Positions 30,001-43,200 of a stretch of 64,000 nt of DNA are shown here, piece after piece; the stretch's first letter is position 1, and each line of letters opens with the position of its first letter. Both the position numbers and the translations under genes were made by a program. This stretch comes from Eledone cirrhosa (lineage: Eukaryota), in assembly GCA_964016885.1 (NCBI GenBank), contig OZ024742.1, forward strand, positions 369,830,001-369,894,000. The letters run 5' to 3'. Under the pieces are notes generated by a model, which was not told the DNA's origin, ran no database searches, and was given only the letters and a program-made list of their open reading frames with translations.

Positions 30001-32870
30001 TGTCTAGGTTGACATGAGTTAGACAGATCCTGTCTCACAATAGATAGGTCAAGACATCCACTGTACAACATCTTATTGTCTAGGTTGGCATGGGTTAGAC
30101 AGATATAGTCTCACAATAGATAGGTCAAGACATCCACTATACAACATCTTATTGTCTAGGTTGACATGGGTTAGACAGATCCTGTCTCACAATAGACAGG
30201 TCAAGACATCCACTGTACAACATCTTATTGTCTATGTTGACATGGGTTAGACAGATCCTGTCTCACAATAGACAGGTCAAGACATCCACTGTACAACATC
30301 TTATTGTCTAGGTTGACATGGGTTAGACAGATCCTGTCTCACAATAGACAGGTCAAGACATCCACTGTACAACGTCTTATTGTCTATGTTGACCTGGGTT
30401 AGACAGATCCTGTCTCACAATAGACAGGTCAAGACATCCACTGTACAACATCTTATTGTCTAGGTTGACATGGGTTAGACAGATCCTGTCTCACAATAGA
30501 CAGGTGAAGACATCCACTGTACAACATCTTATTGTCTAGGTTGACATGGGTTAGACAGATCCTGTCTCAGTCAAGACATCCACTGTACAACATCTTATTG
30601 TCTATGTTGACTTGGGTTAGACAGATCCTGTCTCACAATAGATAGGTCAAGACATCCACTGTACAGCATCTTATTGTCTAGGTTGACATGGGTTAGACAG
30701 ATCCTGTCTCACAATAGACAGGTCAAGTCATCCACTGTACAGCATCATATTGTCTAGGTTGACATGGGTTAGACAGATCCAGTCTCACAATAGATAGGTC
30801 AAGACATCCACTGTAACACATCTTATTGTCTATGTTGACATGGGTTAGACAGATCCATTCTCACAATAGATAGGTCAAGACATCCACTGTACAACATCTT
30901 ATTGTCTAGGTTGGCATGGGTTAGACAGATCCAGTCTCACAATAGATAGGTCAAGACATCCACTATACAACTTCTTATTGTCTAGGTTGACATGGGTTAG
31001 ACAGATCCTGTCTCACAATAGACAGGTCAAGACATCCACTGTACAACATCTTATTGTCTATGTTGACATGGGTTAGACAGATCCTGTTTCACAATAGACA
31101 GGTCAAGACATCCACTGTACAACATCTTATTGTCTATGTTTGCATGGGTTAGACAGATCCTGTCTCACAATAGACAGGTCAAGACATCCACTGTACAACA
31201 TCTTATTGTCTAGGTTGACATGGGTTAGACAGATCCTGTCTCACAATAGACAGGTCAAGACATCCACTCTACAACATCTTATAGTCTAGGTTGACATGGG
31301 TTAGACAGATACTGTCTCACAATAGATAGGTCAAGACATCCACTATACAACATCTTATTGTCTAGGTTGGCATGGGTTAGACAGATACAGTCTCACAATA
31401 GATAGGTCAAGACATCCACTATACAACATCTTATTGTCTAGGTTGACATGGGTTAGACAGATCCTGTCTCACAATAGACAGGTCAAGACATCCACTCTAC
31501 AACATCTTATAGTCTAGGTTGACATGGGTTAGACAGATACTGTCTCACAATAGATAGGTCAAGACATCCACTATACAACATCTTATTGTCTAGGTTGACA
31601 TGGGTTAGACAGATCCTGTCTCACAATAGATAGGTCAAGACATCCACTGTACAACATCTTATTGTCTAGGTTGACATGGGTTAGACAGATACTGTCTCAC
31701 AATAGATAGGTCAAGACATCCACTATACAACATCTTATTGTCTAGGTTGGCATGGGTTAGACAGATACAGTCTCACAATAGATAGGTCAAGACATCCACT
31801 ATACAACATCTTATTGTCTAGGTTGACATGGGTTAGACAGATCCTGTCTCACGATAGACAGGTCAAGACATCCACTGTACAACATCTTATTGTCTAGGTT
31901 GACATGGGTTAGACAGATCCTGTCTCACAATAGACAGGTCAAGACATCCACTGTACAACGTCTTATTGTCTATGTTGACACGGGTTAGACAGATCCTGTC
32001 TCACAATAGACAGGTCAAGACATCCACTGTACAACATCTTATTGTCTATGTTGACATGGGTTAGACAGATCCTGTCTCACAATAAACAGGTCAAGACATC
32101 CACTGTACAACATCTTATTGTCTAGGTTGACATGGGTTAGACAGATCCTGTCTCACAATAGACTGGTCAAGTCATCCACTGTACAACATCTTATTGTCTA
32201 GGTTGCCATGGGTTAGACAGATCCAGTCTCACAATAGATAGGTCAAGACATCCACTGTACAACATCTTATTGTCTAGGTTGACATGGGTTAGACAGATCC
32301 TGTCTCACAATAGACTGGTCAAGACATCCACTGTACAACATCTTATTGTCTAGGTTGACATGAGTTAGACAGATCCTGTCTCACAATAGATAGGTCAAGA
32401 CATCCACTGTACAACATCTTATTGTCTAGGTTGGCATGGGTTAGACAGATACAGTCTCACAATAAATAGGTCAAGACATCCACTATACAACATCTTATTG
32501 TCTAGGTTGACATGGGTTAGACAGATCCTGTCTCACAATAGACAGGTCAAGACATCCACTGTACAACATCTTATTGTCTATGTTGACATGGGTTAGACAG
32601 ATCCTGTCTCACAATAGACAGGTCAAGACATCCACTGTACAACATCTTATTGTCTAGGTTGACATGGGTTAGACAGATCCTGTCTCACAATAGACAGGTC
32701 AAGACATCCACTGTACAACGTCTTATTGTCTATGTTGACCTGGGTTAGACAGATCCTGTCTCACAATAGACAGGTCAAGACATCCACTGTACAACATCTT
32801 ATTGTCTAGGTTGACATGGGTTAGACAGATCCTGTCTCACAATAGACAGGTGAAGACATCCACTGTACAA
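27100..32870 (+). repeat. Tandem duplication of 41 monomers (3106 bp)
   Basis: 10-bp deletion 27463/30569, CTGTAACAC 27705/30811, GGTGAAG 29743/32849. 41x76-10=3106. Confidence 0.9.
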
Positions 32871-35800
32871 CATCTTATTGTCTAGGTTGGCATGGGTTAG
32901 ACAGATACAGTCTCACAATAGATAGGTCAAGACATCCACTATACAACATCTTATTGTCTAGGTTGACATGGGTTAGACAGATCCTGTCTCACAATAGACA
33001 GGTCAAGACATCCACTGTACAACATCTTATTGTCTATGTTAACATGGGTTAGACAGATCCTGTCTCACAATAGACAGGTCAAGACATCCACTGTACAACA
33101 TCTTATTGTCTAGGTTCACATGGGTTAGACAGATCCTGTCTCACAATAGACAGGTCAACACATCCACTGTACAACGTCTTATTGTCTATGTTGACCTGGG
33201 TTAGACAGATCCTGTCTCACAATAGACAGATCAAGACATCCACTGTCCAACATCTTATTGTCTAGGTTGACATGGGTTAGACAGATCCTGTCTCACAATA
33301 GACAGGTGAAGACATCCACTGTACAACATCTTATTGTCTAGGTTGGCATGGGTTAGACAGATACAGTCTCACAATAGATAGGTCAAGACATCCACTATAC
33401 AACATCTTATTGTCTAGGTTGACATGGGTTAGACAGATCCTGTCTCACAATAGACAGGTCAAGACATCCACTGTACAACATCTTATTGTCTATGTTGACA
33501 TGGGTTAGACAGATCCTGTCTCACAATAGACAGGTCAAGACATCCACTGTACAACATCTTATTGTCTATGTTGACATGGGTTAGACAGATCCTGTCTCAC
33601 AATAGACAGGTCAAGACATCCACTGTACAACGTCTTATTGTCTATGTTGACCTGGGTTAGACAGATCCTGTCTCACAATAGACAGGTCAAGACATCCACT
33701 GTACAACATCTTATTGTCTAGGTTGACATGGGTTAGACAGATCCTGTCTCAGTCAAGACATCCACTGTACAACATCTTATTGTCTATGTTGACTTGGGTT
33801 AGACAGATCCTGTCTCACAATAGATAGGTCAAGACATCCACTGTACAACATCTTATTGTCTAGGTTGACATGGGTTAGACAGTTCCTGTCTCACAATAGA
33901 CACGTCAAGTCATCCACTGTACAACATCTTATTGTCTAGGTTGACATGGGTTAGACAGATCCAGTCTCACAATAGATAGGTCAAGACATCCACTGTACAA
34001 CATCTTATTGTCTAGGTTGACATGGGTTAGACAGATCCTGTCTCACAATAGATAGGTCAAGACATCCACTGTACAACATCTTATTGTCTAGGTTGGCATG
34101 GGTTAGACAGATCCAGTGTCACAATAGATAGGTCAAGACATCCACTATACAACATCTTATTGTCTAGGTTGACATGGGTTAGACAGATCCTGTCTCACAA
34201 TAGAGAGGTCAAGACATCTACTGTACAACATCTTATTGTCTATGTTGACATGGGTTAGACAGATCCTGTCTCACAATAGACAGGTCAAGACATCCACTGT
34301 ACAACATCTTATTGTCTATGTTGACACGGGTTAGACAGATCCTGTCTCACAATACACAGGTCAAGACATCCACTGTACAACATCTTATTGTCTAGGTTGA
34401 CATGGGTTAGACAGATCCTGTCTCACAATAGACAGGTCAAGACATCCACTGTACAACATCTTATTGTCTATGTTGACATGGGTTAGACAGATCCTGTCTC
34501 ACAATAGACAGGTCAAGACATCCACTGTACAACATCTTATTGTCTAGGTTGACATGGGTTAGACAGATCCTGTCTCACAATAGACAGGTCAAGACATCCA
34601 CTGTACAACATCTTATTGTCTAGCTTGACATGGGTTAGACAGATCCAGTCTCACAATAGATAGGTCAAGACATCCACTGTACAACATCTTATTGTCTAGG
34701 TTGACAAGGGTTAGACAGATCGAGTCTCACAATAGATAGGTCAAGACATCCACTGTACAACATCTTATTGTCTAGGTTGGCATGGGTTAGACAGATCCAG
34801 TCTCACAATAGATAGGTCAAGACATCCACTGTACAACATCTTATTGTCTAAGTTGGTATGGGTTAGACAGATCCTGTCTCACAATAGACAGGTCAAGACA
34901 TCCACTGTACAACATCTTATTGTCTAGGTTGACATGGGTTAGACAGATCCTGTCTCACAATAGACAGGTCAAGACATCCACTGTACAACATCTTATTGTC
35001 TAGGTTGCCATGGGTTAGACAGATCCAGTCTCACAATAGATAGGTCAAGACATCCACTGTACAACATCTTATTGTCTAGGTTGACATGAGTTAGACAGAT
35101 CCTGTCTCACAATAGACAGGTCAAGACATCCACTGTACAACATCTTATTGTCTAGGTTGGCATGGGTTAGACAGATCCTGTCTCACAATAGATAGGTCAA
35201 GACATCCACTGTACAACATCTTATTGTCTAGGTTGGCATGGGTTAGACAGATCCTGTCTCACAATAGATAGGTCAAGACATCCACTATACAACATCTTAT
35301 TGTCTAGGTTGACATGGGTTAGACAGATCCTGTCTCACAATAGACAGGTCAAGACATCCACTGTACAACATCTTATTGTCTATGTTGACATGGGTTAGAC
35401 AGATCCTGTCTCACAATAGACAGGTCAAGACATCCACTGTACAACATCTTATTGTCTAGGTTGACATGGGTTAGACAGATCCTGTCTCACAATAGACAGG
35501 TCAAGACATCCACTGTACAACGTCTTATTGTCTATGTTGACCTGGGTTAGACAGATCCTGTCTCACAATAGACAGGTCAAGACATCCACTGTACAACATC
35601 TTATTGTCTATGTTTGCATGGGTTAGACAGATCCTGTCTCACAATAGACAGGTCAAGACATCCACTCTACAACATCTTATAGTCTAGGTTGACATGGGTT
35701 AGACAGATCCTGTCTCACAATAGATAGGTCAAGACATCCACTGTACAACATCTTATTGTCTAGGTTGACATGGGTTAGACAGATACTGTCTCACAATAGA

Positions 35801-37299
35801 TAGGTCAAGACATCCACTATACAACATCTTATTGTCTAGGTTGGCATGGGTTAGACAGATACAGTCTCACAATAGATAGGTCAAGACATCCACTATACAA
35901 CATCTTATTGTCTAGGTTGACATGGGTTAGACAGATCCTGTCTCACGATAGACAGGTCAAGACATCCACTGTACAACATCTTATTGTCTAGGTTGACATG
36001 GGTTAGACAGATCCTGTCTCACAATAGACAGGTCAAGACATCCACTGTACAACGTCTTATTGTCTATGTTGACACGGGTTAGACAGATCCTGTCTCACAA
36101 TAGACAGGTCAAGACATCCACTGTACAACATCTTATTGTCTATGTTGACATGGGTTAGACAGATCCTGTCTCACAATAAACAGGTCAAGACATCCACTGT
36201 ACAACATCTTATTGTCTAGGTTGACATGGGTTAGACAGATCCTGTCTCACAATAGATAGGTCAAGACATCCACTGTACAACATCTTATTGTCTAGGTTGA
36301 CATGGGTTAGACAGATCCTGTCTCACAATAGACAGGTCAAGACATCCACTGTACAACATCTTATTGTCTAAGTTGACATGGGTTAGACAGATCCTGTCTC
36401 ACAATAGAGAGGTCAAGACATCCACTGTACAACATCTTATAGTCTAGGTTGACATGGGTTACACAGATCCAATCTCACAATAGATAGGTCAAGACATCCA
36501 CTGTACATCTTATTGTCTAGGTTGGCATGGGTTAGACAGATCCTGTCTCACAATAGACAGGTCAAGACATCCACTGTACAACATCTTATTGTCTAGGTTG
36601 ACATGGGTTAGACAGATCCTATCTCACAATAGACAGGTCAAGACATCCACTGTACAACATATTATTGTCTAAGTTGGCATGGGTTAGACAGATCCTGACT
36701 CACAATAGATAAGTCAAGACATCCACTGTACAACATCTTATTGTCTAAGTTGACATTGGTTAGACAGACCTTGTCTCACAATAGACAGGTCAAGACATCC
36801 ACTGTACAACATCTTATTGTCTGGGTTGACATGGGTTAGACAGATCCTGTCTCACAATGGACAGGTCAAGACATCCACTGTACAACATCTTATTGTCTAG
36901 GTTGACATGGGTTAGACAGATCCATTCTCACAATAGATAGGTCAAGACATCCACTGTACAACATCTCATTGTCTAGGTTGACATGGGTTAGACAGATCCA
37001 GTCTCACAATAGATAGGTCAAGACATCCACTGTACAACATCTTATTGTCTAGGTTGGCATGGGTTAGACAGATCCTGTCTCACAATAGACAGGTCAAGAC
37101 ATCCACTGTACAACATCTTATTGTCTATGTTGACATGGGTTAGAGAGATCCTGTCTCACAATAGACAGGTCAAGACATCCACTGTACAACATCTTACTGT
37201 CTATGTTGACATGGGTTAGACAGATTCTGTCTCACAATAGACAGGTCAAGACATCCACTGTACAACATCTTATTGTCTAGGTTGACATGGGTTAGACAG

Positions 37300-40200
37300 A
37301 TCAGGTCTCACAATAGATAGGTCAAGACATCCACTGTACAACATCTTATTGTCTAGGTTGACATGGGTTAGACAGATCGAGTCTCACAATAGATAGGTCA
37401 AGACATCCACTGTACAACATCTTATTGTCTAGGTTGACATGGGTTAGACAGATCGAGTCTCACAATAGATAGGTCAAGACATCCACTATACAACATCTTA
37501 TTGTCTAGGTTGACATGGCTTAGACAGATCCTGTCTCACAATAGACAGGTCAAGACATACTGTACAACATCTTATTGTCTATGTTGACATGGGTTAGACA
37601 GAACCTGTCTCACAATAGACAGGTCAAGACATCCACTGTACAACATCTTATTGTCTAGGTTGACATGGGTTAGACATATGCTGTCTCACAATAGACAGGT
37701 CAAGATATCCTCTGTACAACATCTTATTGTCTATGTTGACACGGGTTAGACAGATCCTGTCTCACAATACACAGGTCAAGACATCCACTGTACAACATCT
37801 TATTGTCTAGGTTGACATGGGTTAGACAGATCCTGTCTCACAATAGACAGGTCAAGACATCCACTGTACAACATCTTATTGTCTATGTTGACATGGGTTA
37901 GACAGATCCTGTCTCACAATAGACAGGTCAAGACATCCACTGTACAACATCTTATTGTCTAGGTTGACATGGGTTAGACATATGCTGTCTCACAATAGAC
38001 AGGTCAAGATATCCTCTGTACAACATCTTATTGTCTATGTTGACATGGGTTAGACAGATCCTGTCTCACAATAGACAGGTCAAGACATCCACTGCAACAT
38101 CTTATTGTCTAGGTTGACATGGGTTAGACAGATCCTGTCTCACAATAGACAGGTCAAGACATCCACTGTACAACATCTTATTGTCTAGCTTGACATGGGT
38201 TAGACAGATCCTGTCTCACAATAGATAGGTCAAGACATCCACTGTACAACATCTTATTGTCTAGGTTGACATAGGTTAGACAGATCCAGTCTCACAATAG
38301 ATAGGTCAAGATATCCACTGTACAACATCTTATTGTCTAGGTTGACATGGGTTAGACAGATCGAGTCTCACAATAGACAGGTCAAGACATCCACTGTACA
38401 ACATCTTATTGTCTAGGTTGGCATGGGTTAGACAGATCCAGTCTCACAATAGATAGGTCAAGACATCCACTATACAACATCTTATTGTCTAGGTTGACAT
38501 GGGTTAGACAGATCCTGTCTCACAATAGACAGGTCAATACATCCACTGTACAACATCTTATTGTCTATGTTGACATGGGTTAGACAGATCCTGTCTCACA
38601 ATAGACAGGTCAAGACATCCACTGTACAACATCTTATTGTCTAGGTTGACATGGGTTAGACAGATCCTGTCTCACAGTAGACAGGTCAAGACATCCACTG
38701 TACAACATCTTATTGTCTGGGTTGACATGGGTTAGACAGATCCTGTCTCACAATAGACAGGTCAAGACATCCACTGTACATCTTATTGTCTATGTTGACA
38801 TGGGTTAGACAGATCCTGTCTCACAATAGACAGGTCAAGACATCCACTGTACAACATCTTATTGTCTAGGTTGACATGGGTTAGACAGATCCTGTCTCAC
38901 AGTAGACAGGTCAAGACATCCACTGTACAACATCTTATTGTCTAAGTTGGCATGGGTTAGACAGATCCTGTCTCACAATAGACAGGTCAAGACATCCACT
39001 GTACAACATCTTATTGTCTAGGTTGACATGGGTTAGACAGATCCTGTCTCACAATAGACAGGTCAAGACATCCACTGTACAACATCTTATTGTCTAGGTT
39101 GACATGGGTTAGACAGATCCAGTCTCACAATAGATAGGTCAAGACATCCACTGTACAACATCTTATTGTCTAGGTTGACATGGGTTAGACAGATCCTGTC
39201 TCACAATAGACAGGTCAAGACATCCACTGTACAACATCTTATTGTCTAGGTTGACATGGGTTAGACAGATCCTGTCTCACAATAGACAGGTCAAGACATC
39301 CACTGTACAACATCTTATTGTCTAGGTTGACATGGGTTAGACAGATCCTGTCTCACAATAGACAGGTCAAGACATCCACTGTACAACATCTTATTGTCTA
39401 GGTTGACATGGGTTAGACAGATCCTGTCTCACAATAGACAGGTCAAGACATCCACTGTACAACATCTTATTGTCTAGGTTGACATGGGTTAGACAGATCC
39501 TGTCTCACAATAGATAGGTCAAGACATCCACTGTACAACATCTTATTGTCTAGGTTGACATGGGTTAGACAGATCCTGTCTCACAATAGACAGGTCAAGA
39601 CATCCACTGTACAACATCTTATTGTCTAGGTTGACATGGGTTAGACAGATCCAGTCTCACAATAGATAGGTCAAGACATCCACTGTACAACATCTTATTG
39701 TCTAGGTTGACATGGGTTAGACAGATCCTGTCTCACAATAGACAGGTCAAGACATCCACTGTACAGCATCTTATTGTCTAGGTTGACATGGGTTAGACAG
39801 ATCCTGTCTCACAATAGACAGGTCAAGACATCCACTGTACAACATCTTATTGTCTAGGTTGACATGGGTTAGACAGATCGAGTCTCACAATAGATAGGTC
39901 AAGACATCCACTGTACAACATCTTATTGTCTAGGTTGACATGGGTTAGACAGATCGAGTCTCACAATAGATAGGTCAAGACATCCACTATACAACATCTT
40001 ATTGTCTAGGTTGACATGGCTTAGACAGATCCTGTCTCACAATAGACAGGTCAAGACATACTGTACAACATCTTATTGTCTATGTTGACATGGGTTAGAC
40101 AGAACCTGTCTCACAATAGACAGGTCAAGACATCCACTGTACAACATCTTATTGTCTAGGTTGACATGGCTTAGACAGATCCTGTCTCACAATAGACAGG

Positions 40201-43200
40201 TCAAGACATACTGTACAACATCTTATTGTCTATGTTGACATGGGTTAGACAGAACCTGTCTCACAATAGACAGGTCAAGACATCCACTGTACAACATCTT
40301 ATTGTCTAGGTTGACATGGCTTAGACAGATCCTGTCTCACAATAGACAGGTCAAGACATACTGTACAACATCTTATTGTCTATGTTGACATGGGTTAGAC
40401 AGATCCTGTCTCACAATAGACAGGTCAAGACATCCACTGTACAACATCTTATTGTCTAGGTTGACATGGGTTAGACATATCCTGTCTCACAATAGACAGG
40501 TCAAGATATCCTCTGTACAACATCTTATTGTCTATGTTGACACGGGTTAGTCAGATCCTGTCTCACAATACACAGGTCAAGACATCCACTGTACAACATC
40601 TTATTGTCTAGGTTGACATGGGTTAGACAGATCCTGTCTCACAATAGACAGGTCAAGACATCCACTGTACAACATCTTATTGTCTATGTTGACATGGGTT
40701 AGACAGATCCTGTCTCACAATAGACAGGTCAAGACATCCACTGCAACATCTTATTGTCTAGGTTGACATGGGTTAGACAGATCCTGTCTCACAATAGACA
40801 GGTCAAGACATCCACTGTACAACATCTTATTGTCTAGCTTGACATGGGTTAGACAGATCCAGTCTCACAATAGATAGGTCAAGACATCCACTGTACAACA
40901 TCTTATTGTCTAGGTTGACATGGGTTAGACAGATCGAGTCTCACAATAGATAGGTCAAGACATCCACTGTACAACATCTTATTGTCTAGGTTGGCATGGG
41001 TTAGACAGATCCAGTCTCACAATAGATAGGTCAAGACATCCACTATACAACATCTTATTGTCTAGGTTGACATGGGTTAGACAGATCCTGTCTCACAATA
41101 GACAGGTCAATACATCCACTGTACAACATCTTATTGTCTATGTTGACATGGGTTAGACAGATCCTGTCTCACAATAGACAGGTCAAGACATCCACTGTAC
41201 AACATCTTATTGTCTAGGTTGACATGGGTTAGACAGATCCTGTCTCACAATAGACAGGTCAAGACATCCACTGTACAACATCTTATTGTCTGGGTTGACA
41301 TGGGTTAGACAGATCCTATCTCACAATAGACAGGTCAAGACATCCACTGTACATCTTATTGTCTATGTTGACATGGGTTAGACAGATCCTGTCTCACAAT
41401 AGACATGTCGAGACATCCACTGTGCAACATCTTATAGTCTAGGTTGACATGGGTTAGACAGATCCTGTCTCATAATAGACAGGTCAAGACATCCACTGTA
41501 CAACATCTTATTGTCTAAGTTGGCATGGGTTAGACAGATCCTGTCTCACAATAGACAGGTCAAGACATCCACTGTACAACATCTTATTGTCTAGGTTGAC
41601 ATGGGTTAGACAGATCCTGTCTCACAATAGACAGGTCAAGACATCCACTGTACAACATCTTATTGTCTAGGTTGACATGGGTTAGACAGATCCAGTCTCA
41701 CAATAGATAGGTCAAGACATCCACTGTACAACATCTTATTGTCTAGGTTGACATGGATTAGACAGATCCTGTCTCACAATAGACAGGTCAAGTCATCCAC
41801 TGTACAACATCTTATTGTCTAGGTTGCCATGGGTTAGACAGATCCAGTCTCACAATAGATAGGTCAAGACATCCACTGTACAACATCTTATTGTCTAGGT
41901 TGACATGAGTTAGACAGATCCTGTCTCACAATAGATAGGTCAAGACATCCACTGTACAACATCTTATTGTCTAGGTTGGCATGGGTTAGACAGATACAGT
42001 CTCACAATAGATAGGTCAAGACATCCACTATACAACATCTTATTGTCTAGGTTGACATGGGTTAGACAGATCCTGTCTCACAATAGACAGGTCAAGACAT
42101 CCACTGTACAACATCTTATTGTCTATGTTGACATGGGTTAGACAGATCCTGTCTCACAATAGACAGGTCAAGACATCCACTGTACAACATCTTATTGTCT
42201 AGGTTGACATGGGTTAGACAGATCCTGTCTCACAATAGACAGGTCAAGACATCCACTGTACAACGTCTTATTGTCTATGTTGACCTGGGTTAGACAGATC
42301 CTGTCTCACAATAGACAGGTCAAGACATCCACTGTACAACATCTTATTGTCTAGGTTGACATGGGTTAGACAGATCCTGTCTCACAATAGACAGGTCAAG
42401 ACATCCACTGTACAACATCTTATTGTCTAGGTTGACATGGGTTAGACAGATCCTGTCTCACAATAGACAGGTCAAGACATCCACTGTACAACATCTTATT
42501 GTCTAGGTTGACATGGGTTAGACAGATCCTGTCTCAGTCAAGACATCCACTGTACAACATCTTATTGTCTATGTTGACTTGGGTTAGACAGATCCTGTCT
42601 CACAATAGATAGGTCAAGACATCCACTGTACAGCATCTTATTGTCTAGGTTGACATGGGTTAGACAGATCCTGTCTCACAATAGACAGGTCAAGTCAGCC
42701 ACTGTACAACATCATATTGTCTAGGTTGACATGGGTTAGACAGATCCAGTCTCACAATAGATAGGTCAAGACATCCACTGTAACACATCTTATTGTCTAG
42801 GTTGACATGGGTTAGACAGATCCATTCTCACAATAGATAGGTCAAGACATCCACTGTACAACATCTTATTGTCTAGGTTGGCATGGGTTAGACAGATCCA
42901 GTCTCACAATAGATAGGTCAAGACATCCACTATACAACTTCTTATTGTCTAGGTTGACATGGGTTAGACAGATCCTGTCTCACAATAGACAGGTCAAGAC
43001 ATCCACTGTACAACATCTTATTGTCTAGGTTGGCATGGGTTAGACAGATCCAGTCTCACAATAGATAGGTCAAGACATCCACTATACAACTTCTTATTGT
43101 CTAGGTTGACATGGGTTAGACAGATCCTGTCTCACAATAGACAGGTCAAGACATCCACTGTACAACATCTTATAGTCAAGGTTGACATGGGTTAGACAGA

